DNA of 64,000 nucleotides. Source: Podarcis melisellensis (Eukaryota). The stretch lies in NCBI GenBank assembly GCA_964234715.1, contig OZ174279.1; one strand, 5' to 3'. The position numbers and the translations under genes were made by a program. Below are positions 1-10,201 of the stretch, piece by piece (position 1 is the stretch's first letter; each line of letters opens with the position of its first letter). A model generated the notes under the pieces. It searched no databases and was not told the DNA's origin. It saw nothing but the letters and a program-made list of their open reading frames with translations.

Positions 1-392
1 TTATCACAGCTGGCAAACTGTGGCATAGTAAACTATTATACCAGGAGTACATAAGCCACATCAATATTTGCCAATGAACTGTCTTGGTCAAATGACTTTA
101 AAACCCTGTCACTCCTTTCATAAAATTTTCCATTGTTTCATTGAGATGTTACCTCAATGTTACCCTACTTTTTCAATTGAATTATTATAAGCTGTACACT
201 GGAATTGATGTGCAGTTAAGTTAAAATGGAAGAAGAAATGACACATTAATTTATTTTCTCTTATATCAGGAATAAGAATTCGTTCACTTTTCAGATGCAG
301 TCTAGCTAGTCTAAAAATAAAAGGCTACATATCAAGGATACTTGTTTAGTATAAACTAACCTTTACGATTGTGCTGCCACCAGTTCACTCAG

Positions 393-634
393 TAGCAGTA
401 CCTCAGTTTTTGAACGCAATCAGTTCCGGAAGACTTTTCGAGTTCTGAAATGTTTGAAAACCAAAACTCAATAGTCGACAAGCTAGGCTTGAAGGTCTTG
501 CACTCAGCAGAAGCTGCGTTTCCAGTCTGACTTTCGAGACATGTTCAAAAACCGAAGCATTTGCTTTCGGGTTTACAGTGTTCAAGGTCTGAAACATTCG
601 TCAACGGAGATGTTTGAAAACCGAGGTACCACAG
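393..634. mobile_element. Tc1/mariner (Tigger/pogo-like) non-autonomous MITE, ~240 bp
   Basis: Imperfect TIRs: TAGCAGTACCTCAGTTTTTGAAC at 393 and GTTTGAAAACCGAGGTACCACAG ending at 634, followed by TA. Internal repeats of the GTTYRAAAACC subterminal motif. Confidence 0.8.
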
Positions 635-639
635 TATAG

Positions 640-860
640 TATAGTATTTTTTTAATGCTATTTAGCATATTTATATACCATCCTTCCTCCCGAAAGAGCT
701 CATGATGGCAAAATACAAGCCACAAAACAATAAAAACTTCTTTAAAACCATTCCAATGCAGATGCAGACTGGGAAATATCTCAATTTAAAAGGCTTGTTG
801 AAATATAAAGCTCAGGACATGAACAAAGCCGCCACCTCTGCTGATACTGAAAGTTAACCA
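640..860 (-). mobile_element. L2-type LINE 3' end fragment
   Basis: ATTTATATACCATCCTTCCTCCC...AAAAGGCTTG pattern resembles the reverse complement of squamate L2 3' ends; degraded. Confidence 0.5.
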
Positions 861-3437
861 GGCTAAGGGAGAACAGCTTAAAGCAGCCAACCCAGGGAAG
901 GAAATAGGTATCCTTCCTCTCTTCCACAAGCTTATTTTGATATATGCAAAGCAGCATTCCCATGCTTTACAGGCAAGCAGGGACATGCTTAGCATGGTCC
1001 ATAGTTTTCTGATGTGCTGTTTTCTAAGCATTTCCCTGTCTTCACCTTGTGCAAATATCTGCTCTAGTCTAGCAAATGGGTGCAAATGGGTGCTGCATGT
1101 GCAGTTTGCTCCCTGGTGCAGCTGTTACAGCTGGTGCATGTAGCCTTTGAGAAAACGAAGTAGCATAAATTGGCTATTCAGATGAGGGTGCTAGACTTAG
1201 ATCTCCCCTTGTCTCTTAATAGCTGATAGGCACCACTGCAATTATCTCACCTGGATATGTGCACACAACCCCAACCACTGGGGCCTGGATTGTTTGATTG
1301 TTCTCAGGATGGAACATACCTTTCTCATAGTTTCTCCCCGCTCTGGTTCCCTAAACTGGGAATAACAGTCATTACAGGTCTTCTTGTCACAACCAATAAT
1401 GTCCGTTCATTAGAATACATTAGAATACTCACAATACCTCACAGAGCACAACTCTTTTATCTTGACACCCCTTTCCCAATCAGCACCTTGGCCATAATGT
1501 AAAAGAGAGTTTTCAGTATCCCATATTACATGCAAGTTAGAAAAACAAACCCTTCTTTTCTTTTCCCCATGTAGCTTCTAAAGCGAGAGAGCAGCTGAAA
1601 TAAGCAATCACTGTGTAATGAAGACTCATTGTTGCATCTCTTTGACCTTTTCCAGTTCATAAAGTAGAGCAGTTTCAAATGAATGACTTTTACTCAAGCT
1701 GCATACAATCTCATATCATCAAAATAGAGAACTGTGAAACCATTTGAATTAGGCTTTGGGATTTTTGCCTCTGGGGAAAAAATATGTGTTGTGGCTTAGC
1801 ATTAACTACATCGTATAGATTATTCACTTTAGCAGGGGCCATTTTGAAAATCTACAGGAAAAACAACATTACTTCTTATTTCTGGTTAAAGAAATATGAC
1901 ACAGTGCAATACAAGTGGCCACATTCATTCAGGTTACAACCCATTTTCATTGCAGGTTTAAAATATGCCAGCAACCCTTACTCACAAACTCTAAAAATAA
2001 ATCTGCTAAGAGTTCATTTGTTTAAATTCCAGAAATATTATTCCCCACTATTAGAGGATAGTTTTGTTTGCACTGGAAACAAGCTACCTGCAAAACTGAA
2101 GGGGAACTTCAGGCTCAGGTACTTCACCCAAATTCAGAACTGCCAACTGCCTTATAGTCCCAGTCTGATCCCAAACTCCAGCCTGCAAGTAAATTGCCCA
2201 TTCAGGAGGAAACACCAAAATATCATCTTTGACTATAGGCAAGTAATCAATTTAACAAAGGACAGTCACCCGGCAGCCATAACAATACACTTTATGCTAC
2301 CATCACTGTGCTGTGGGAGCCAAAGACTTAAAGCAAACTGTAATTAAGATATTTATTTCTTCATTTATATTCCATTTTGTTGCATATCACCAAACTACCA
2401 TTAAAGGGTACTAGCTGATGATAAAATAACTGAGACAAAAATCACAGTTGTATAATTACAATAAGCACAGTCGTGGGTGTTATTTCGAATAGCTTAAATA
2501 CAATTTCAACGTATGCACCATTTGATGAGAAGCCACTGAAAGCAGTATCGGGGCAACAATCCAGCACATTTCGTTTTTAATAGGCTTAAGTGTACTTTGA
2601 TCCATACTGGATTATGGCCATGATCTGTAGCACTAGCCATTACTAGAATCAGTACAGCAGCAAAGTAATTTTATGTCCTTGGAAAGTGATGAGATGGAAG
2701 TAAAGCAAAACCCAAATAATGTATACTTGAGGCAGTTTACAGCATTTTGAATTATGGAATTATATTAACTAACCCCCCCCCCAACTATTCTGCAAAATGG
2801 CTTTACCCATTGAAATCAATGAATATTCTACCATTGTTTTCAGTGAATCTGCCCATTTCAGCTCCACTTGATCATTACTTTTTATTGTGAGAAATGAAAT
2901 GGCTAATTCTGTTATCATTTGGATGACAGACACTCATTAGAATGAAAGGAATTCTTGTTCCTACAGGAAATATCATGGTAACCATACAATAGCTAACACG
3001 ACAACTGGTAGTGTCTAATGGTCATATGACACACAACAGTGATTTTAATCTGCATTATACTGCTTAGAGCATTGCCTTTGCTTTTGAAGGGGATCAGAAT
3101 ACATAAACAATGATACACACACACGCGCGCGCTATGTTATGGATTTACTTTGGAGTAAGACCAGCTGAACACAGTGGGGCTTACTTTTAAATAGCAATAC
3201 ACAGAACTGAGAGAGGGGGTAGTGTGACACTATAATATCACTCCATGTTGTGGAAAAAGCATATCTATTATCTACCTATCCAACCAATCACTATGTTGTG
3301 CAAAAGAGGGAAATCTGCAGGTACCATCTTATGAGAAGGTCCATTCTGCGTGATATCAAAACAGACTGCTGTTAGTGTGTTGTTATACATGCTTTGTTGT
3401 ATTGTAAAAGCTTAGCTTCAGGATGCTTATAATCACT

Positions 3438-3513
3438 GTAGACAATTGTAGAGCTGGAAGGAACCCTGAGGGTCTTCTGGTCCAACGCCCTGCAAAGCAG
3501 GAATCTCAACTAG
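3438..3513 (-). mobile_element. CR1 LINE 3' tail fragment
   Basis: ATTGTAGAGCTGGAAGGAACCCTGAGGGTCTTCTGGTCCAAC is the reverse complement of a CR1-type 3' terminus. Confidence 0.7.
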
Positions 3514-4976
3514 AAGTGGTTCAGAAATAAATAAAAATGTTCCAAACATGCATTGCCAGTATACAGGAAGGCAGAAATTCAAATTTCACGCACTCCATGC
3601 AAAACACACACACACCATCCAGCCAGTTACAAACTCCATTCCCAGTAGCCCAGATTAATATGGAAGTTTATACAAGCTCGCATGTTTCCTCTGTGCAATT
3701 CCATATGCTTATCTTAAAGCAACACATGCCAAATGCTGGATTGGAATGCCTGTCTTCATTCATCACACTGTGCTGAAAATATTATTGAGCAATGCAGTCT
3801 AGTTATTTAAAACAGCCACTCCCATGTATTTTTTTGCACAGTAAATATTATCATCAGGTGTGCCTGAGAATGTCCACATAAAAATATTCATTACTGCATA
3901 GACTGAGGAAGGTCAGCTATGTCATTATCAATTTTACTAATGGATGCCTGGACGCAGAGAAGTTTGGACTGATGCTAAATGTCACTGGGAGCTACTTTAC
4001 CTTAGCCCTTTACACCTCCAGATTCTCTGTTGCCTTGTTCCATCTCCAATTGGTCCTGACATCAACTAGGGGAGGAGGACATTTTAGGGAGCAGCAACTG
4101 CCATCTCCTTGCATTTGTCAAGTACACCTAAGTGTTACATTTAGAAGTGCTTGGAAGGTATAAAGAAAGGATATTTCTGAAATGAATATTTTTAAAATAA
4201 TTTAAGCCTAATTTGATGTACTCAAATTTGTATATAATACTCAATTTTTACTTCTTTTGGAATTTTTTTCTTGCTAGGTCTTATTTCCTTACATGTCAGC
4301 ATATAATGTTCTACTGACTGTAAATTCTTTTTTTTTAAATTCCCAATAGCCAATTTTCATAACTTCAAATTCAAATATCCCAAAATTAAAACAAGCCTGC
4401 ACTCTCAAAAAAACCTATAATAACCAATATTATTTTAATTTTTAAGATGGACAACTTTGTTTCATTATTTTTATTTTAGGTAACCTGAATATGTTTCTAA
4501 GAAGGGATTTGAATCCCAGTCTCTGCCATCTTTGTCCAGCACTCTAACTACTATACCCACATTGGTTCTACCACCAATATAATAAAATAAAATTGCAAAA
4601 GGAACATGGCATAATCAAATGATGATACTAAAGAGCAAGATTAGACTAGGGCATGGTGTTCAATGTGTGCTCTTGATCCAGTCATGTCAGGGTCAAGGAT
4701 TTGAGAATGTGATTCATTTGAGTTAAGGACAAAATTGTTTTTTGTAGCATGCACCTTATAGGTGGTGTTGGAGAAGTGAGATATTTAGAGAACCATTGTT
4801 TAAAATGTCGGGAGTTTGTAGCATGGATGTCTGTTTTCCAAGTAAAACCTTTTTTTAAAAAAGTACTACCATATGTATGCGGTCTCTTGGACTCACCCAA
4901 AGTACGAATTTGGATTCACCTGTATTCCAAAAAATAAAAATTACTAGCAAAATGAAATATTTTTTCCTTTTTTTAG

Positions 4977-5111
4977 TGTCAAGACCCATCATGCAAGCAG
5001 GACTTACTGGCTTATCTAGAACAGATCAAACTGTATTCCCACCAGCTCAAAATCTGCAGTCAAGTTAAAGCTGAAATACAGAATTTAGGCGGAGAACTCA
5101 TCATGTCAGCA
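4977..5111 (+). CDS. CTNNA3: Catenin alpha-3 (alpha-T-catenin), penultimate coding exon, 135 nt, phase 0/0
   Basis: Polypyrimidine tract and AG at 4975-4976; translates CQDPSCKQDLLAYLEQIKLYSHQLKICSQVKAEIQNLGGELIMSA (alpha-catenin actin-binding domain, CTNNA3-type); donor GTAAGT at 5112. This reading frame is missed by the ORF track. Confidence 0.97.
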
Positions 5112-5976
5112 GTAAGTGCAAATTGTCCTGAGGTCATTTCATTATACCATTATCTTCTGGTTACAACCTGCACAAAATGTCAGATCCATGAGACGAATAT
5201 TTTAGTCTCTTGTGGGTGAATACACGTGAATATTCTAATGTACATTGTATTTGTTGCCTCAGCATAAAGATCTTTCAGGCTAGATCAGAGGGGGGGGGGA
5301 TACATTTGATAGCAGCATTATTAGTGTAGTGCACCAATTTCAAGACATGCTGCATTACCAAATCATTACTTAAAATAGCAGGTAGACTTGGGATTACTCA
5401 CACAGGAAACATAATGGGGGAAAGTGGGTTGCATTTGTTGCTGTACTAGAGAAAATCAAGAAAAAGGCCGATACTATATGATGGTTATGCCAGAGTTATG
5501 AGCAAACATGCCACTGCACAAGTGTAGGATTGGTATTAAAAAAGCAGCATGTTTAGATTCAATTTTAGTTAAATATTCCTTCTGTACACGATCCCATCTT
5601 GTTTATTTAAATGTGGCATTATTGTATAATTCTTTACTCATTTCTTGCAATCATACCTATTCTTAAATAAGCATCTTTTTCATTACGAGGAATATCAATG
5701 CACTCCAGGAAATATGTGAGAAAGATGAATTGTCTCAGTGACTAAGAATACAAAAATGATACTTTCCTACAGGGGTTCCCTTCATTCTTATAACAATAAA
5801 CACTCTGTGAATAAGTTTAGTGAGAAATGTATAGGAGAAAACAAACCTGTTGGTAAAGTGGCAGAATCAACATTCTTGGAACCAACAGCTGAGCTACCAT
5901 AGTGAAAGACTGACCACTCTTCTCCTACTACTGTTAATAGTTTGAGTTGCGCTACACAAGATGAAGTATAAAATTA

Positions 5977-6326
5977 GGGAGCACGAGTGCCGCTGTGGTC
6001 TAAACCACTGGGCCTCTTGGGCTTGCTGGTTGGCTGTTTGAATCTGCGTGACGGGGTGAGCTCCCATTGCTCTATCCCAGCTTCTGCCAACCTAGCAGTT
6101 TGAAAGTACACTAGTGTAAGTAGATAAATAGGTACCACTGTGGCAGGAAAGTAAATGGAAACATCACGGTGTCCTGTTGCACCAGAAGTGGTTTAATGAT
6201 ATTGGCCACATAAGCCGGAAAGCTGTGGACGAACACCGACTCCCTCGGCCTGGAAAGCGAGACGAGTGCCTCACCCCATAGCCACCTTTGGCTGGACTTA
6301 ACGGTCCAGGGGTCCTTTACCTTTAC
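5977..6326 (+). mobile_element. Sauria SINE (older, diverged copy)
   Basis: tRNA-like head GGG...GCTGTGGTCTAAACCACTG, body CCTAGCAGTTTGAAAG...AGTAGATAAATAGGTACC, (ACCTTT)n tail, degenerate TSD. Confidence 0.9.
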
Positions 6327-6431
6327 GTTATAAAGTTTGAGAGCTTATCATTTAGGTATGTTCCATGGAAATATGCAAATAGCTTTAACAAGAGACTTGA
6401 ACTGCAATAGGAATGCAGTAACAGTAATTCA

Positions 6432-6800
6432 GGGACGCGGGTGGCACTGTGGGTAAAACCTCAGTGCCTAGGACTTGCTGATCATATGGTCGGCGGTTCG
6501 AATCCCCATGGCGGGGTGAGCTCCCGTCGTTCGGTCCCAGCTCCTGCCCACCTAGCAGTTCGAAAGCACTCTTAAGTGCAAGTAGATAAATAGGTACCCG
6601 CTTTAAAGCGGGAAGGTAAACGGCGTTTCCGTGTGCGGCACTGGTGCTGGCTCGCCAGAGCAGCTTCGTCACGCTGGCCACGTGACCCGGAAGTGTCTTC
6701 AGACGGTGCCGGCTCACGGCCTCTAGAGCGAGATGAGCACGCAACCCTAGAGTCGGACACGACTGGCCCGTACGGGCAGAGGTACCTTTACCTTTTACCT
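6432..6800 (+). mobile_element. Sauria SINE, young full-length copy
   Basis: GGGACGCGGGTGGCACTGTGGG head, B box GGTTCGAATCC at 6495-6505, CpG-rich body, ACCTTT tail, perfect TSD TAACAGTAATTCA at 6419-6431 and 6801-6813. Confidence 0.95.
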
Positions 6801-7064
6801 TAACAGTAATTCAGATTTTTGCAAAACAACATGGGGATTTTTTTTTTGGGGGGGGTGGGATATTGTTTCTCATGCAGTATGACTTATTAAAGCTGTAAAT
6901 AGAAACAACCTTCATAAAAACAACTGCAATCCTTTCTGCTTACTCACTGCTCTCCAAGCTTTTGCATATGTAAAAATATGGTTTACTAAAGTGTGCAGTC
7001 AAATGTGCTCACTTTCTTGTGATTGCAGAGGAAAAGTCCTTGCTGGTGATCCATACTTGTGTGT

Positions 7065-7240
7065 AATAGAAATGTAGAATTGAAAGGGATCCCAAGGGCC
7101 ATCTAGCTAACCTTCTGCAATGTAGGAATCTCAACTAGATCATACATGACAGATGGCCGTCCAACCCCTGCTTCAAAATCTCCAAGGATTGAGAGTCCAC
7201 CACCTCTCATGAGAGTCTGTTCCACTGCCAAACAGCTCTT
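7065..7240 (-). mobile_element. CR1 LINE 3' fragment
   Basis: GTAGAATTGAAAGGGATCCCAAGGGCCATCTAG...CTGTTCCACTGCCAAACAGCTCTTA matches the reverse complement of a CR1 3' end. Confidence 0.75.
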
Positions 7241-7287
7241 ATTCCAGGTCATGCAGAAGACAGGTTCAAACATTGCTCCCCCACCAC

Positions 7288-7378
7288 AGTTGGTCTCTAA
7301 GGTACTACTGGACAATTTTTTTAAAAAAAATTAATATATTTTGACTGCATCAGACCAACACGACTAACTACCTGGATC
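7288..7378. mobile_element. Penelope-like element terminal fragment
   Basis: AGTTGGTCTCTAAGGTACTACTGGAC...GACTGCATCAGACCAACACGACTA resembles recalled squamate Penelope end sequences. Confidence 0.55.
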
Positions 7379-7936
7379 CCCAACCATAGATTGCCAACAT
7401 GGGCAAGGGCTGTTTGGGGTCAGCCACAGGAAGGTTGAACAAGCCCTGGCAAGGAGAAGCTGAGAATAAGACATCAGTCACAACCAAACAATCCTACAGG
7501 TTCTTCTAATAAAGTTCTTATAATGCTGTAAAGTAAACAGAAAACTGATAACACATCCAGCTTTTCATAATCATCCTAAATACCACCAACTGGCATAATG
7601 ACAAATGAACTGCTAAATAGAAGAGAGCATCCGACAGAAAATCAATGCAGCAGGCAAGAAGAAAGAAAACTATTTCACTTTAGGCAAGTCCTTTTTTATA
7701 TTGTGAATTTTCCACCTTCTTCTCCTGACCTTCTACACAACCATACACACACATATCCCAAGAGTTCTCCCTGCAGTCTGCTCTTTAACTTGGTATGCTC
7801 TTGGACTGATATCTTCTTTTCACACCGAGCTAATAATAAGTATCTACATAGGCATGAGAATTATGTCCCCTGGAACCATTATCTGAAACCTGGGGTTGCT
7901 CATGGGTCCATCTTTGTTAATAGTGGCCAGCAGTGC

Positions 7937-8445
7937 TGTTAAAGGTATCGGTTGGTTGCTCGACAGCTATCAGGCAATATGCCTCAATAGTCTGTTCTAA
8001 AGCTTTCTTATTAGTGATAAAAACCTTCAGAATACAGAGTGCCTATAATCCGTGTCTTGCTCATTCACTGGCAGAATCTGAGAGTGGGCAGTCCTTAAAC
8101 CTTCCCCAGCAGATTAGTTTCTTGACGCCCAGTCTGCGCCTCCCCTCTCTGCGCGGAAGCTTTCTGCGCAAGGAAGGCTTGGATAACGGGGGACCTCCCT
8201 CCTCCCCGCTTTGCTCCGGCAAGGTGTCCTGGCACCGCCTTGCCTCCTCCGCCCCCTGCATCTCTCCACTAGAGGCGTGGCTTACCTTCCTCCGCTGAGG
8301 AAGTGCTGCTTCCTGCTCTCTGTAATCCATCCGGCTTTTCCCCTCTCGCCCATGAGCCGATGGCAGTTCCCTGAAAAGTGCCTTCAACCAGCTTTGCTGG
8401 CACACTACTTGGGGCCATTCCTCAGCTGAACCTTATCCCATCCCA
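7937..8445 (-). mobile_element. Probable solo LTR-like element (~510 bp), CpG-rich
   Basis: Abrupt GC/CpG-rich block bounded by TG...CA; purine-rich on the minus strand with an AATAAG-like signal near that strand's 3' end; TSD not clean. Confidence 0.45.
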
Positions 8446-10058
8446 TGCCATTTATTTTATCCCTTTCCCCCTGGTCCTTTTGCATTCACTTCTTCCTCTT
8501 AAAGCAGCTTTCCTCTCGTATCCCTTTCCTTTCTTTTCACAGTTTATGTAGACAACAACAACAACATTTTATCTGACTTTATCATTTCCTTAAAACTTTC
8601 TCACTCCTTTTTTTCTCAGAGGAGGGAGACCTTCCTTCCCACTCTCCCCAATTTATCTTTTCCTGGTCTCTGCCCACCCCCACTTTATTCAGGATGCAAG
8701 GAGCTGCTGATCCAACTTCAGACTATATGGCCTGAGTAATGGGCAGAGGAGGTGATGGGCAGGCAGTGGCACTGAGGTTCACCTGAAAATGACCCAAGGC
8801 TCATGGTTTAAGAAAACGCTGCCTTAGAAAGCTACACATTCCATTGTCTTTGTTCCTCAGAAGTTTTAATTGTTTGGCTTGCCTCAGAACACATTTTGGG
8901 AGGTTCGGGAGAATCTACCCACCCTTCCTTTTTCACTGCTGCTTTTGATGTACAGATACTTGATTTCTGGCCAATTCTAACTATGTATAGCTTTTGCCAA
9001 ACTCAGTTACGTGTTGACCTTCTGCTTAAATTGTATTCCTTATGGCCTGCCCTTTTCTCTTCCAGTTTCCCTTCTCTGCCAGAATCTGCTACAGATATTC
9101 AGCAGCTGCCTTAATGGCATGGAAGGCAAAATGTAGATGGAATTGAAGAACATTCATTAGTCTTCTCATTTGTACACTTGGAATCTGATTCTGATTTCCA
9201 TGACCAGACTATAGGTTAAATTACTTGGCTGTAAATATTGAAACACTTCAGAGGTGACTGGATTTCAGTTGGAGGAGAGCATAGGAATGACATATCAAGC
9301 TCTTATTTGTCCTGTCAGTCTAAGGATCAAAGAAGAAATGCTTTTACTTCTGCTGATTACAGTTTAACCTGCATTTCTCCCTATTTTCTTACACTCTGCT
9401 TTTTCCTCTAGGATGGCAGCCTGGAGAAGGCATATTGATATAAAGTGCAGCCCTTGGCAGCAAAACAATTCTCACATTAAGCACAGAAAAGAAAATTGGT
9501 CTAAAGCAGGGATGCAGAAGCATCTTGGAAAGGCGTGGGGAGGGCAGGAATCTCTCCATTTGGAGATGCCCCAGGCATGACAGGCCAAGGTCAATCTCTG
9601 CTTCAGCTCTTCCTTTGCTCACAATGCTCGCCAGTCACACCAGACCCCTCTGCCTATTTCCCTTCTTACACCATCACAATGCTTCGAATTTGCATGGAGC
9701 TAAGGGCAGTGGAGGGGAGGGAGAACAGTGGCAGGGGCAGGGAGTTTGCAGCAAAATCTGGGCTGGATCAAAATCGTATGGCATCCCACCTTAGGGCAGG
9801 GGTTTGCCTTCATAAGAGCCACCATGCGCATGCATTGGCAGAAACAGCTCACTAGGTGGGGGAGAACCCATATGCTTGCTTCCTGGCAGGTGGGCTGCTG
9901 TTACTTAATGGAAAATGTCAGGGAGCTTGACTCAGGGAAACACACAGGCAGAGTCAATGTGGTACTCCAACAACATGCCAAAATACCCAATAGTCCTATC
10001 TCTCCCCCCCCCCCAATAAGCAACAGCAACACACCTGTCAGGAAACTAGCATAGCATC

Positions 10059-10201
10059 CATGGACGTAGCCAGGATTGGGGGGGAGGGACTTTTGTGGGC
10101 CCCCCAGAAGTGATGTGTTTAGTCTGTTAGTTAAGTGTTTCTATTGTTTTACTTGATCAGAGGGGCAGCTGCCCCCCTGCGCCCCCTTGGCTATGCCCAT
10201 G
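10059..10201. mobile_element. hAT-type MITE, 143 bp
   Basis: TIRs CATGGACGTAGCCA / TGGCTATGCCCATG; perfect 8-bp TSD ATAGCATC at 10051-10058 and 10202-10209. Confidence 0.88.

Noticed and set aside
1784-2347. Longest ORF in the track (187 aa)
   Set aside because: No recognisable domain, composition typical of translated AT-rich intron, lies inside a CTNNA3 intron, and has no supporting splice structure.
1-4976. Additional upstream CTNNA3 exon
   Set aside because: No GKGPLK-type alpha-catenin peptide was found; the preceding exon presumably lies outside the window.
7288-7378. Penelope-associated hammerhead ribozyme
   Set aside because: The fragment starts downstream of where the CTGANGA...GAAA catalytic core would lie, and no core is present.
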